64,000 nt of DNA from Candidatus Omnitrophota bacterium (GCA_041650935.1 JBAZKH010000001.1:640911-704910); one strand, 5' to 3'; shown: positions 37,041 through 47,166, counted from the stretch's first letter. The notes: generated by a model from the sequence alone, not told the origin. Program-made: numbers and translations.

Positions 37041-38216
37041 CTAGGTTTTACTGCCTGCCATAAAAATAGACGAGTCCCCGTATTTCTCTCTTATCCTGTC
37101 GAGCGCCCTGTGGGTCGCTTCGCATTTATTGTCGGCCGGTCCGCTAAAAAGGCTGTCCGGGAATCCCGCGCGGCAGAAATTAGACGCTCTTACGCCCAGG
37201 AGGCGGATCCTCTTACCTTTTGTATCGAAGTTCCTGTGCAGTGTTTTCACGGTCCTGTATAAAATATCTATAAAATTGCTGGCATTATCGATCGTGGCGG
37301 CGCGGGTAAATGTGCTAAAATCCTCGAGCCGTATCTTTAAGGTGATCGTCCTTGCTTTAAGCCCGGCCTTGCGTAATCTCAAAGAAACCCTCTCGGACAG
37401 ACCGAGGAGCGCCCCCTCGATCTTCTGGGGCTCTAAAGTATCGACGTCGAACGTCGTCTCATTGCTGACGGACTTTGCCTCGCGCGCCGGTTCGACCTTG
37501 CTCTCATCGATGCCATGAGCCAATCTCCAAAATCCCGCGCCGTTCCTGCCGAATAGAGAAGTCAGTCTTTTAGGGTCGGAATCGGCCAGCTCCCCGATGG
37601 TCCGGATCCCAAGCCTCGAGAGCGCCTCTTCACCCTTCCTGCCCAGACCCCATATCCTGCGCACCTCGAGAGAACGCAGGAAACCATCCAATCCTTCTTT
37701 TGTCACCGCGACTAAACCGTCAGGCTTATCGATATCGGAAGCTATCTTGGCGGCCATCTTCGTGGGCGCCAACCCTACAGAAGCCGTAAGGGCCGTCAAT
37801 TCCTTTATCCTGGACTTAATGAGCATGCACGTATCGATCGGTAAAGCGCCGAAGAGATGATAACTCCCGGTTATATCCAAAAACGCTTCATCTATGCTTA
37901 CGGGCTCGATATCCGGCGAGAATGAATATAATATTTCGTATATCTCACCGGATACTTTGCTGTATTTATCGATATCGACCGGGAGAAAGACGGCGTCCGG
38001 ACACTTCCTGAAAGCCGTGGAGATAGGCATGGCGGAATGGATGCCGTATTTGCGCGCCGCGTACGAGCATGTCGAGACCACGCCGCGGCCTTTACCGCCG
38101 AGGGGATCGGCCCCGACTACAATGGGCAGTCCCCGCAGGGCCGGGCGGTCCCGTTCCTCTATGGACGCGAAGAACGCGTCCATATCGATATGAACTATAC
38201 AGCGCTTCTTTGTCAA
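37041..38216 (-). CDS. dinB: DNA polymerase IV (Y-family)
   Basis: IVHIDMDAFFASIE catalytic N-terminus, then little-finger domain. Confidence 0.9.
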   Translation of the reverse strand: MTKKRCIVHIDMDAFFASIEERDRPALRGLPIVVGADPLGGKGRGVVSTCSYAARKYGIHSAMPISTAFRKCPDAVFLPVDIDKYSKVSGEIYEILYSFSPDIEPVSIDEAFLDITGSYHLFGALPIDTCMLIKSRIKELTALTASVGLAPTKMAAKIASDIDKPDGLVAVTKEGLDGFLRSLEVRRIWGLGRKGEEALSRLGIRTIGELADSDPKRLTSLFGRNGAGFWRLAHGIDESKVEPAREAKSVSNETTFDVDTLEPQKIEGALLGLSERVSLRLRKAGLKARTITLKIRLEDFSTFTRAATIDNASNFIDILYRTVKTLHRNFDTKGKRIRLLGVRASNFCRAGFPDSLFSGPADNKCEATHRALDRIREKYGDSSIFMAGSKT

Positions 38217-38226
38217 ACCGTTTAGG

Positions 38227-38634
38227 CTATCCTTTGAATACGACCAGCGCTTTCTCGTTATCGCTCGTCGATACTATGATCGTGGCCGCGCACCCGCCGG
38301 AACACGTCGTGCCGTAGAGATACCGTATGTCGATCTTCGCGTCCGATATCCTGGCCGACAGGCTCTTAAGCGCCCCCGGTTTATTCTCGAGCTCGACTAC
38401 CACGACTTCTTTGGTCTCTATAGCCTTGAAACCCGCCTTCTTCAGCGCGTCGCCTGCGCGAAGGATATCGTCGGCTACGATCATTACCTTTGCCTCGTTA
38501 CCAATAGCGTAACCGGCAACGCCTTCGATGTTGATACCGTGATCGGCGAGTATCTTGGAGACATTCGCCATAGTGCCCATCTTGTTCGGAACGGTCAATA
38601 CCAATTCCTTTCCCAACTCCGCATTCTTAATCAT
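38227..38634 (-). CDS. tandem ACT-domain small protein
   Basis: 135 aa. Two beta-alpha-beta-beta-alpha-beta units (LVLTVPNKMGTMANV...; VVVVELENKPGAL...). Confidence 0.6.
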   Translation of the reverse strand: MIKNAELGKELVLTVPNKMGTMANVSKILADHGINIEGVAGYAIGNEAKVMIVADDILRAGDALKKAGFKAIETKEVVVVELENKPGALKSLSARISDAKIDIRYLYGTTCSGGCAATIIVSTSDNEKALVVFKG

Positions 38635-38655
38635 GACACTCTCCTTTCTTTGTTT

Positions 38656-39270
38656 TTATGGTTTAATGTTAAGAGTTTCCTGTTCCCGGATAGCATTCGT
38701 CCACTGCTTAGAATAGGCTATATCTTCCACGTCCTCTATGCCATACGATGCCATGACAGCGAGTTCTTTTTCGAAGACTCTCCATGCCATAGATGCGTCG
38801 GCAAGGGCCCTGTGTTCGAGCGGCGTCTCTATGCCGAGGTGCCGGGCAAGCAGTCCCAGGTTATATCTACCGGCCTTTGGAAAGAATCTTCTCGCGAGCC
38901 CAAGGGCATCGACAACAGGATAATCCCTCAGGTTTTCCCGCTCTTCACCCATCGCGCTCTCCAGGAAGGCGAGGTCGAAGCCCGCGTTATAAGCGACCAG
39001 GACGCTTCCTGCCGCGAATTTGAAAAAATCCGGGAGGACCTTATCGATAGTGGGCTTACCGGTAACCATCTGGCTCGTTATGCCGTTGATCATAAAAGCG
39101 CCGTAAGATATGGGGCGGAGCGGATCGACCAGACAGTCGAATTTCCCGGTCTTTTTACATGAGTAGTCGACCCTTATGGCGGCAATTTCACAGATCCTGT
39201 CGCCCGTGTATGGCGCCAGACCCGTCGTCTCGACATCGAATATCGTAAAATCGCACTCTCTCAATTTCAT
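38656..39270 (-). CDS. DnaQ-like DEDDh 3'-5' exonuclease
   Basis: Exo I FDVETTGL, Exo II VAYNAGFD and Exo III HRALADA motifs. Confidence 0.8.
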   Translation of the reverse strand: MKLRECDFTIFDVETTGLAPYTGDRICEIAAIRVDYSCKKTGKFDCLVDPLRPISYGAFMINGITSQMVTGKPTIDKVLPDFFKFAAGSVLVAYNAGFDLAFLESAMGEERENLRDYPVVDALGLARRFFPKAGRYNLGLLARHLGIETPLEHRALADASMAWRVFEKELAVMASYGIEDVEDIAYSKQWTNAIREQETLNIKP

Positions 39271-39902
39271 TTGGCACCTATCGGCGGCAGGGCTGCCACC
39301 AGCTTTCGGATCTCGTCCGATATCTTATCGAACGCTTTTTCCGCCAGCCACTCTTTCCTGAATATACTTGCGCCGAAACTGACCGCGGCGGCGCCGCTCC
39401 TGAAGTAATCGGCAATATTCCCGGCCGTTACGCCGCCGCATGCCATAAGCTCGATATTCCCGAACGGCCCTTTGACTTCTTTAAAATAACCGGGGCCAAA
39501 AGCTCCGGACGGGAAGACCTTCACCATCGTAGCGCCAGCGTTCCAGGCGCGGTATATCTCGCCGGGCGTGAGAGCGCCCGGGAATACAGGTATCACGTTT
39601 TGCGCGCAATACTCCATCACTTCGTCTATTACCACAGGCATCACTATAAAAGTCGCCCCGCTGTCGAGAGCCGTCTTCATCGATTCGATATTCAGGACGG
39701 TCCCGGCGCCTATCATAAGGCGCGGGCCGGCCGACTTGACCGCCCGGCCTATCAAACGGGGAGCGCCTTCGGTATTCATGGTTATCTCCAGGGTTTCCAG
39801 TCCTGCGGAGATCGCCGCCGCGACAATGGGCTCGACCGAATCCTCGTCTATCCCCCTCAATATTCCCATTACCGGAAGTCTCCTGAATCTCGCTATATCC
39901 AT
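39267..39902 (-). CDS. eda: KDPG/KHG aldolase
   Basis: 211 aa. GILRGID..., the GAG..FVMPV and Schiff-base-Lys region MVKVFP. Confidence 0.85.
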   Translation of the reverse strand: MDIARFRRLPVMGILRGIDEDSVEPIVAAAISAGLETLEITMNTEGAPRLIGRAVKSAGPRLMIGAGTVLNIESMKTALDSGATFIVMPVVIDEVMEYCAQNVIPVFPGALTPGEIYRAWNAGATMVKVFPSGAFGPGYFKEVKGPFGNIELMACGGVTAGNIADYFRSGAAAVSFGASIFRKEWLAEKAFDKISDEIRKLVAALPPIGAK

Positions 39903-39904
39903 AA

Positions 39905-40855
39905 TTAATCGAGCCCCGAGGCGGTAAGACTGTCGTAAAACTCGCGGTAATTTTCCTTTTTATGCGTTGCGCGCAGTTCCATCGCCGCTTTCGGATGTTC
40001 ATCGAGCATGCCGGTGATAGCGTACGGTATTATATAACCCCACTCCAGTTTCTCCCTTAACGGGATGAACTCATGCGATATCAGATCGAGTATCGGACGA
40101 ATATCGAATTTCGGATTTTTGAGGAACCCTATCAAAAGCTCAAGGGGACAATTGCCCGCGGCCCTGCCAAGCCCGTAGACGGTCCCGTCGACGTAATTCG
40201 CGTCGTGTATGATCGCCTCTATCGTATTGCCAAAAGCAAGCTGCTGGTTATTATGGGCATGGATACCGAGTTCTTTCGTCTTGAGGATATCCCTGGCCTT
40301 CTTGATAAGGAATTCCGTCGATTCCTGGTAGAGCGCGCCGAAACTATCCACAATATAGACCACTCCCGCCTGCGACTCTTCCTCAAGCTGGTGCAGCGCC
40401 TCGTTCAATTCGTTGTCGAGGGCGCGCGAAATGGCCATGATATTAACCGTCGTCTCATAGCCTTTCTGGGCGAAGTGGTTAACTAGATATATCGCCTTAT
40501 CTATATCCTTTACATACGAGGCTACCCGTATCATGGCTACGGGGCTTTCCTTGCGCGGCTTCACGTCATCCACGTTGACCCTTCCCACGTCTACCATAAC
40601 CGATATCTTGGTCTTTGACTCGATCCCATCGGTGACCCGCTTTATCACATCGTCGTCGCAGAACTTCCAGGCGCCGAATTCTTTCTCGGAAAATAGTTCC
40701 TTGGAATTTTTGTAGCCGATCTCCATATAGTCTACGCCCGACGCGGAGAGCGCTTTGTATACCTCCCGCACGAATCTGTGGTCAAAATCGTGTTTATTTA
40801 TCAAACCGCCGTCCCTTATGGTGCAGTCCAAAACTTTTATCTTTTCTCTGAACAT
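39905..40855 (-). CDS. DRE-TIM metallolyase (HMGL-like / pyruvate carboxyltransferase family aldolase)
   Basis: VLDCTIRDGG N-terminus and HAHNN metal-ligand motif. Specific substrate unknown. Confidence 0.6.
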   Translation of the reverse strand: MFREKIKVLDCTIRDGGLINKHDFDHRFVREVYKALSASGVDYMEIGYKNSKELFSEKEFGAWKFCDDDVIKRVTDGIESKTKISVMVDVGRVNVDDVKPRKESPVAMIRVASYVKDIDKAIYLVNHFAQKGYETTVNIMAISRALDNELNEALHQLEEESQAGVVYIVDSFGALYQESTEFLIKKARDILKTKELGIHAHNNQQLAFGNTIEAIIHDANYVDGTVYGLGRAAGNCPLELLIGFLKNPKFDIRPILDLISHEFIPLREKLEWGYIIPYAITGMLDEHPKAAMELRATHKKENYREFYDSLTASGLD

Positions 40856-40885
40856 CTCTCTCCTCGATTTTTGCGGCTATCAGTC

Positions 40886-41299
40886 CTATTTTCCGCCCGT
40901 CCTGTCCTGTCCCTTCAGGAGCAGGTCTATGAATTTCGTAGAAGGTTCGCTCTGGGCCTTTGCATTCGAATAGTACGAGAACAGGTTCAGCGCCTTCAGG
41001 TAATCCAGTCCCAGCGCTTCTATCACGCCCTTATATTGCGCTTTAAGCTCGCCGAGATACTCACTGACGAACCGCTCCTTTTGCAGGTCTGTCAGCATAT
41101 ACCACTCGCTCATAGTTACTTTACTGCCGTCCCACCGCGCTTTCTCTTTCGGAAAGAAAAATACCTCCGGGATGTCGTCATCGCTATAGCTATATATCGA
41201 CCCCTCCATCTTTGCCGACGGCTGCGCGGTATCCGCAAAAACATACGGGCCGCATAATAGTAATGAAACCGCTATAAAAACAGGTAAAATTTTACTCAT
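40886..41299 (-). CDS. secreted hypothetical protein
   Basis: Signal peptide MSKILPVFIAVSLLLCGPYVFA. 137 aa. Confidence 0.4.
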   Translation of the reverse strand: MSKILPVFIAVSLLLCGPYVFADTAQPSAKMEGSIYSYSDDDIPEVFFFPKEKARWDGSKVTMSEWYMLTDLQKERFVSEYLGELKAQYKGVIEALGLDYLKALNLFSYYSNAKAQSEPSTKFIDLLLKGQDRTGGK

Positions 41300-42770
41300 A
41301 TATTATGTGCTTACGCTTCTTCTTAATGGGATTTGCGCGTATCTCTTTTACAATATTCCCTGGGATTCCCGGTTTTTGCAGCTTGTAATACATGTAATTC
41401 TTATAGCCCTCCACGCCGAGTTGATCATAAGCATTTATATTCAAAAGCTCTCCTTCGTATGCCGTAGCCATCTCGAAGAATAGTATCAGCCCTCCCCACG
41501 CAAAAGGCGTCACCCGCGGCATTATTATCGTGCAGTTGGGCTTTGCTTCCTTGACGAGCGCCCACTCGGTGGCTTCTTCCGCGACCGATAAAAGCTTCGA
41601 GAAGCGCCGCCCGGCGAGGAAATCGCCCGTGCCGCGCAGTTCTATATCGTGCCTGAACGCGTCGACCCTTATAAACGTGACCACTTTATTATTTTCGCCT
41701 TCGATATTATTCTGCTGTATGGAGTGAAGGTCGTTTGTGCCGCGCGCGGGTATCGGCGTACGGCCGACATTGACCGCTTTGCGCAGGTCCGCCTGCCATA
41801 TTTCCGTACCGTCCTTGGCGGCGTTTATAGTCCTGGAATATTTCTTTCCCAGGCTTTCGGCAAGAAGTTGTACGTACCAGTCGGCGGTGGATTTCAATGT
41901 CTCCGAGAACGGCATCATGACGGCGATAGACTTGTTCTTCTTCCGGTAAAGTATCGTATGCAGGGCGGCGTACATGAGCGCGGGGTTATCACTCAGGCGC
42001 CCCGCCAAAGACCGCTCCGCCATGGCCGCCGCGCCGTCGAGGACATCCTGGACCCTGACCCCTATGATAGCCATATGGAGAAGGCCTATATTGAGTTCGG
42101 AGAACCTGCCGCCGACACCCTTCATGACCGGCAAATTCCGGAAACTCAAGGGATCCTTAGCCTGCTCCTCTTTTACTCTCCGGCGCAGCGCGCCCGAGAC
42201 AGGATCGGTTATGGCAAAGATCTGCCGGCCGTAATTCCGGCCGACGCCCGTCTTCAGCCATTCCTCGATTACCGTAAATGCCGCTTTGGGCTCCGTAGTC
42301 TCCCCCGACTTCGATATTACTATTACGAAAGTATTTTTCGGATCAAGATTTTTGAGCAGGACCGTCAATGTCTCCGGGTCGAGGTTATTGCCCTCGAAAT
42401 ATATCCTGGGCCTGCCGCCTCGAACTTGAGCGAAGTCGTTATAATACGGCAGCTGTAATGCGTCCTGCGCGGCCTTGAGCCCCAGATAAGAACCGCCGAT
42501 GCCGAGAGATATGACATTTGCGTACGTCGAGGCTATCTCGTCACCCAGGCGCTGTAATTTGGCTGTGTGCTCCCTGTCCTGGTACGGCAGCCGCGTCCAC
42601 TCCAGGCCTATATGGATACGGTCTTTTTCGTTTGCGAGGAGTTTTTTGATATGCCGCAGGGCCTTCCTGGCCCCCGGCGCAATAGCGGCGAGATCTTTAT
42701 CCGTCACCCCGTGCCGAGCGCCGACGGCATGGCTGAACATGTTATTAAAGTCGAACCTGAGTTTTTCCAT
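41292..42770 (-). CDS. pgi: glucose-6-phosphate isomerase
   Basis: SIS domains and SKSGETTE motif. Start moved to the internal ATG (MEKLRFDF) because the longest ORF begins with a TTG lying inside repeat copy C. Confidence 0.88.
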   Translation of the reverse strand: MEKLRFDFNNMFSHAVGARHGVTDKDLAAIAPGARKALRHIKKLLANEKDRIHIGLEWTRLPYQDREHTAKLQRLGDEIASTYANVISLGIGGSYLGLKAAQDALQLPYYNDFAQVRGGRPRIYFEGNNLDPETLTVLLKNLDPKNTFVIVISKSGETTEPKAAFTVIEEWLKTGVGRNYGRQIFAITDPVSGALRRRVKEEQAKDPLSFRNLPVMKGVGGRFSELNIGLLHMAIIGVRVQDVLDGAAAMAERSLAGRLSDNPALMYAALHTILYRKKNKSIAVMMPFSETLKSTADWYVQLLAESLGKKYSRTINAAKDGTEIWQADLRKAVNVGRTPIPARGTNDLHSIQQNNIEGENNKVVTFIRVDAFRHDIELRGTGDFLAGRRFSKLLSVAEEATEWALVKEAKPNCTIIMPRVTPFAWGGLILFFEMATAYEGELLNINAYDQLGVEGYKNYMYYKLQKPGIPGNIVKEIRANPIKKKRKHIIYE

Positions 42771-42792
42771 AGCCAACCCTTTCACCTCCGGC

Positions 42793-42934
42793 AAAATTTT
42801 TCGTACCGGTCGAATATGATGTGTCAATGTGGTTCACAGGGACGCGCCCTGTTCACACATTGCCACATCATATTTTTATCATTCCACCCCGAGGTGGAAA
42901 TGTATGCTAATCTATTACGTTATCGAAAAAAGTT
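42793..42934 (+). repeat. MITE-like intergenic repeat, copy C
   Basis: AAAATTTTTCGTACCGGTCGAATATGATGTGTCAATGTGGTTCACAGGG ... CCCTGTTCACACATTGCCACATCATAT ... TTCCACCCCGAGGTGGAA ... CGAAAAAAGTT. Same architecture and orientation as copy A. Confidence 0.6.
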
Positions 42935-42937
42935 GCC

Positions 42938-43513
42938 TTAAAATATCTCTACTCCTATTTTACGGAATATTTTTGCCAGCTTAGCAAGCGGCAAACCTAC
43001 TACATTATAGAAACATCCTTCTATGCGGTCAATAAATATACTCCCCGGCCCCCGGACATCGAAAGAGCCGGCCTTGTCGAACGGCGATATCTTTTTGAAA
43101 TAGCGCTTTATCTGCGCTTCGCTCAAGGGATACATATAGACTTTCGTCTTTTCGTAATCGGTATAAACTTTTTTCTTATCGACATCTATTACGGCCAGTC
43201 CCGTATATACCCACTGGGGTTTACGCGACAGGACCCTCAGCGCTTTATACGCGTCGTTAATGGTCCGGGGTTTGCCTATTATCGATTTACCGACGAGCAC
43301 GACCGTATCGGCCCCTATGACAACGCCGGAATCCAGCCTCGCGGCAACTCCGCGCGCTTTCCGGAGCGCATTTTTGATTACGAAGTCGCTGCACCGGCCT
43401 TTGAGCCTGCTATCCTCCCTGACACGCGAATCGGCTACGCTGAATTCCAGGCCCACCTGCTTTAAGAGGTCCTGTCTTGCCCGCGATTTTGACGCAAGTA
43501 TTATCTTACGCAT
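42938..43513 (-). CDS. maf: Maf-family nucleoside triphosphate pyrophosphatase
   Basis: ILASKSRARQDLL N-terminus and the Maf fold. Confidence 0.85.
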   Translation of the reverse strand: MRKIILASKSRARQDLLKQVGLEFSVADSRVREDSRLKGRCSDFVIKNALRKARGVAARLDSGVVIGADTVVLVGKSIIGKPRTINDAYKALRVLSRKPQWVYTGLAVIDVDKKKVYTDYEKTKVYMYPLSEAQIKRYFKKISPFDKAGSFDVRGPGSIFIDRIEGCFYNVVGLPLAKLAKIFRKIGVEIF

Positions 43514-44750
43514 CTGCCGCCTTCTCCCCGGCAAGATAACCGGTGGAAAACGCCTGCTGAAGGTTGTATCCGCCGCTTGGCGCCCCGCCCGCGATCACTT
43601 CGCCCGCAAAATATAATCCCGGCACTATCCTGGACTCCATCGTCCTTGGATTTATCTGGCTAACCGATACGCCCCCGCAGGTAACCATTGCCTCCTCGAG
43701 AGGCAAGGCGCCGGTTACCGTCAGAGGGAACGCCTTGAGCGTATCTATAATAGCGCGCCTCTGGGCCTGCGTAACCTGGTTCGTCCGCAGGTCCTCGCCG
43801 ATATTCAGAAGCTTTAAAAACCTGGCAATTAATCTCTGCGGAAGGATATCCTTCATAAGATTCTTGAGAACGATATTACCTTTAATCTTGAATTTATACA
43901 ACAATTTACTCTCGATCTGTTCCTGCCTTAAGCCGGGTTTGAGATCGATCTTGAGCCGTACCTCTTTATGCTCCTTTAAAATATCCATTACCTGCGAGCT
44001 TAAGTCCAGCACCAGCGGCCCGGAGACCCCGAAATGCGTAAACATAAGCTCCCCCACATCCGAAACCAGCCGTTTTTTTCCGTATTCAAAGCTGATCCTG
44101 ATATTATCCAGGGATAGGCCCTGAAGCTCCTTGATCCAGGAGTCTTTGACGACGAGCGGCACGAGCCCCGGCGTAAGCGGCGTTATCTCATGTCCTAATT
44201 CTTCGGCTATCTTAAACCCGTCACCGGAAGAACCTGTCGCCTTGTATGAAGCGCCTCCTGTTGCCAATATTACCTTTGTTGCCGCGAGCCCCTGAGCGTC
44301 TTCTACGGTGATATGAAAGACGCCGGCCGTTCGCTTGATGCCGCTGGCCCGCGTCTTATAAAGAACCTCGACGCCGTTTTCTGCCAGGACCTTCTCCATG
44401 GTCTCCACGACAGCTCTTGCCTTATCATTTACGGGGAATATCCTGCCCTGACGCTCTACTTTTGTCTCGAGGCCGTAATTTTTAAAAAAATCGGCCAGGT
44501 CGTCATTGGAGAAGGCATGAAATGCGCTCCGCAGAAACTCTCCCTGTTTTCCGAATTTTTCGATGAAAGCGGTAATGTCGGCAGTGTTGGTGAGATTGCA
44601 CCTGCCTTTGCCGGTAATGAGGATCTTTTTACCGATCGAATCGTTCCTTTCAATAAGCAGTACTCTTTTGCCAAGCTGCGACGCCCGGATCGCGGCCATG
44701 GTACCGGCGGCGCCGCCGCCTATAACGATAATGTCGTAAGGATCTTTCAT
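43506..44750 (-). CDS. HI0933-like FAD-dependent flavoprotein (aminoacetone oxidase family)
   Basis: YDIIVIGGGAAGTMAA dinucleotide-binding motif and GKGRCNLTN. Confidence 0.8.
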   Translation of the reverse strand: MKDPYDIIVIGGGAAGTMAAIRASQLGKRVLLIERNDSIGKKILITGKGRCNLTNTADITAFIEKFGKQGEFLRSAFHAFSNDDLADFFKNYGLETKVERQGRIFPVNDKARAVVETMEKVLAENGVEVLYKTRASGIKRTAGVFHITVEDAQGLAATKVILATGGASYKATGSSGDGFKIAEELGHEITPLTPGLVPLVVKDSWIKELQGLSLDNIRISFEYGKKRLVSDVGELMFTHFGVSGPLVLDLSSQVMDILKEHKEVRLKIDLKPGLRQEQIESKLLYKFKIKGNIVLKNLMKDILPQRLIARFLKLLNIGEDLRTNQVTQAQRRAIIDTLKAFPLTVTGALPLEEAMVTCGGVSVSQINPRTMESRIVPGLYFAGEVIAGGAPSGGYNLQQAFSTGYLAGEKAADA

Positions 44751-45958
44751 AGGCCGTTCCCCGCGGCCGCGGCGCCTGCCATGTATCCCGACGCCCATGC
44801 CCACGCGAGATTGTACCCTCCGCGGCAGCCGTCTACATCCAGTATCTCGCCCGCAAAGTAAAGGCCCTTTTTAAGTTTCGATTCCAGGCCCGGCGCGGTA
44901 ACTTCCGCCGTGTCTATACCGCCGGCGGTGAAATCAGCCTCGTTCCACCCGCGTGTTCCCGTAATAATGAACTCCCTTGCTTTCAAGTTTTTCGCGATCG
45001 ATGAGGCATCTTTCATCCCTAGTAATTTTACAAGCGCGGCGCCGAATTTATTCGGCAGGATCCCGGCAATCAAATCGTGGGAAGAGATACCGTCTTTTAT
45101 CCTGCGGCCAAGTTCCGTCTTCAGGGCTTCGCCGGCCATAAAAGGCACCATGTCCAGAATGATCGATACCCTGCCCGTCCGCAGCCTATTGAGAGCTATG
45201 GAGATTTCCCGGGAGACGTCGAGTATGGCCGTTCCCGAGAGACCGTACTTCGTAAATAAGACTTCCCCGCCTGCTTTCACGTAGACCCTGCCTTCGACCA
45301 GCCCTTTGGCGTGCGCAAATATCTTCTGCCCCTGCAGGATATGGCAGAGCGGGTCCTTTGCCGTCAGGGCGACCGCGGTGGGAACGGGCAGGACTATCGT
45401 ATGCCCGAAACGCTCGGCAATTTTATAGCAACTCCCGTCCGAACCAAGGGCAGGATAGGTCATACCGCCGCCTGCAATTATGACGGTACGGCACGAGATC
45501 TTGCGGCCCGACTTGTCCGCAATAAGAAAACCTTTTCCGTTATCGGATATATCGAAGGCATGGAAGTTGAATTCCGTCATTATGGAAAGCCTCTCGAGCT
45601 CGATCTCGAGGACCCTCAAGACGGACGATGACTGGTTGGAAACAGGAAAGATGCGGCCCGCCTCGGAGTACGTCCGAAGGCCAAGGCCGTTAAAAAAATC
45701 GAGGATCGCAGCCTTGCCGAACCGGGAGAATACACTCTTGACCAGGGGTCTTGCCGCAGGATTATAAAATTCTTCGGAAAGGGATTCGTTCAGGAGGTTG
45801 CATCTGCCGTTACCGGAAGCGAGAACTTTTTTGCCGAGACGCGGCATCCGTTCGCAGATTATTACCGGCTTATCCGCCCGGCGCGCGCTTATCGCCGCCG
45901 CAAGGCCTGCGGCGCCTCCGCCTATTACCGCAACTTCGACGTTCGCGGTCGCGGCCAC
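44747..45958 (-). CDS. HI0933-like FAD-dependent flavoprotein, paralog 2
   Basis: VAVIGGGAAGLAAA and GNGRCNLLN. Tandem paralog of the previous gene with a 4-nt overlap. Confidence 0.8.
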   Translation of the reverse strand: MAATANVEVAVIGGGAAGLAAAISARRADKPVIICERMPRLGKKVLASGNGRCNLLNESLSEEFYNPAARPLVKSVFSRFGKAAILDFFNGLGLRTYSEAGRIFPVSNQSSSVLRVLEIELERLSIMTEFNFHAFDISDNGKGFLIADKSGRKISCRTVIIAGGGMTYPALGSDGSCYKIAERFGHTIVLPVPTAVALTAKDPLCHILQGQKIFAHAKGLVEGRVYVKAGGEVLFTKYGLSGTAILDVSREISIALNRLRTGRVSIILDMVPFMAGEALKTELGRRIKDGISSHDLIAGILPNKFGAALVKLLGMKDASSIAKNLKAREFIITGTRGWNEADFTAGGIDTAEVTAPGLESKLKKGLYFAGEILDVDGCRGGYNLAWAWASGYMAGAAAAGNGL

Positions 45959-45964
45959 GGTCGC

Positions 45965-46519
45965 TTATGCTCTCCCTAGATATTCGCCCGTCCTCGTATC
46001 CACCATCACCGTCTCGCCTTCCTCGATGAAGAGCGGTACGTTGACGACGAGCCCCGTCTCGAGCTTTGCCGGCTTCATAGCTTTTCCCGAGGTATCGCCT
46101 TTGGCGCCGGGCGCGGATTCTATGATCTTCAACGCAATGCTGACCGGGATCTCGATGGTTACCGGCTTATGCTCATAATAGAGGAGTTTCGCCTCCTGGT
46201 TCTCCTTCAGATAATCCTTCGTAAATCCGACCATCTCATCGCTAAGCGTCAATGTCTCGTAATTCTCCATATCCATGAAATGAAAACCGGTATGATCTTT
46301 ATAAAGGTACTGCACCTTCTTCGATTCGAGGTCCGCTTTTTCCACGTTGTCGGAGGGGCTGTAACGTTTGTTCAATGTCTTGCCGGTCAGAAGGTTCTTG
46401 ATGGTCGACTGGTATATCGCCCGGAGGTTGCCCGGCGTCCTGTGCTCCATCTCTATAACTATAAAAAAATCACTGCCGTCCTTGATTATCATGCCTTTTT
46501 TTAATTCCGACGCTTTCAC
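45965..46519 (-). CDS. efp: elongation factor P
   Basis: 184 aa with the KOW/OB architecture and KPAKLETG near the end. Confidence 0.92.
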   Translation of the reverse strand: MKASELKKGMIIKDGSDFFIVIEMEHRTPGNLRAIYQSTIKNLLTGKTLNKRYSPSDNVEKADLESKKVQYLYKDHTGFHFMDMENYETLTLSDEMVGFTKDYLKENQEAKLLYYEHKPVTIEIPVSIALKIIESAPGAKGDTSGKAMKPAKLETGLVVNVPLFIEEGETVMVDTRTGEYLGRA

Positions 46520-46534
46520 AAAAAATCCCCTTTC

Positions 46535-46948
46535 TTACTGTACGCTTACTTTTACAGCCTCTTCTTTAGCGCCCTTCTTCTTCGGGAGAACTATCTGCAA
46601 TACGCCTTCGGCGTACGTTGCCTTTATGCCGCTATTTTCACATTCCGCCGGAAGTTCGAGCGTCCGCGTAAAATGGCCGCTCGACCGCTCCTGTCTTATA
46701 ACGCCGGGGCCGGTCTGTTCCATCATAACCGCCCTGGAACCGGCGATCGTCAGCATCCGGTTATTTTGCAGGGTTATATCGATCTTGTCCTTGCTCATCC
46801 CGGGCAAGTCGGCTTTGACTATGACATTACCGGCGTCCTGCGCAATATCTACCCGCACGTCCTGGCCAAAGACGGCCGTATTGGCCCCGCCTATATCGGC
46901 ATAAGAGCCTATGATATCTTTCATGAACCGGTCCATCTCTTTTTTCAT
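46535..46948 (-). CDS. Hsp20/alpha-crystallin small heat-shock protein
   Basis: ACD core VRVDIAQDAGNVIVKADLPGMSKDKIDITLQNNRMLTIAG...GHFTRTLELP...GVLQIVLPK. Start placed at MKKEMDRF. The upstream out-of-frame signal-peptide mini-ORF is discussed in findings. Confidence 0.8.
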   Translation of the reverse strand: MKKEMDRFMKDIIGSYADIGGANTAVFGQDVRVDIAQDAGNVIVKADLPGMSKDKIDITLQNNRMLTIAGSRAVMMEQTGPGVIRQERSSGHFTRTLELPAECENSGIKATYAEGVLQIVLPKKKGAKEEAVKVSVQ

Positions 46949-47166
46949 CCGCACAAGCTTATCGCGAGTGGCCGAGGTTCCGGTAATCTTCTTCCGTTGG
47001 GATATCCTGGGCCCATGCCGCGCAGACGACCAAACTAAGGAATAACGCAATCGCAGCCAATCTCTTCATACGTACCTCCGCCTTCCTTTGCGGTTAATAA
47101 GTAGTATTAGAATAGACTAAATCCGGAAAAATTTCAAGCGAAAAGTCCGACGAAACACGGCAAAAA

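Noticed and set aside
17158-42934. Interpretation of repeat copies A, B and C as integron attC sites
   Set aside because: The elements lack R'' (RYYYAAC) and R' (GTTRRRY) cores at their boundaries. The only ATTTAAC lies in a loop. There is no intI, and the elements sit 5' of genes rather than 3' of cassettes.
17158-42934. Repeat copies A, B and C as intrinsic terminators or known ncRNAs (6S, tmRNA, RNase P, SRP)
   Set aside because: No U-tract directly follows the long hairpin on either strand; the T5 run lies in the TIR on the 5' side. No tmRNA, RNase P or SRP signature motifs were found. Copy B is inverted relative to its gene, which is inconsistent with a leader RNA.
46930-46960. Programmed -1 frameshift at the A_AAA_AAG heptamer near the Hsp20 start
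   Set aside because: The in-frame stop of the upstream mini-ORF precedes the slippery sequence, so ribosomes would not reach it.
47100-47166. GAAAAGTCCGAC sequence reminiscent of the RNase P RNA P4 region
   Set aside because: An isolated short match in a 100-bp spacer, with no other RNase P conserved regions.
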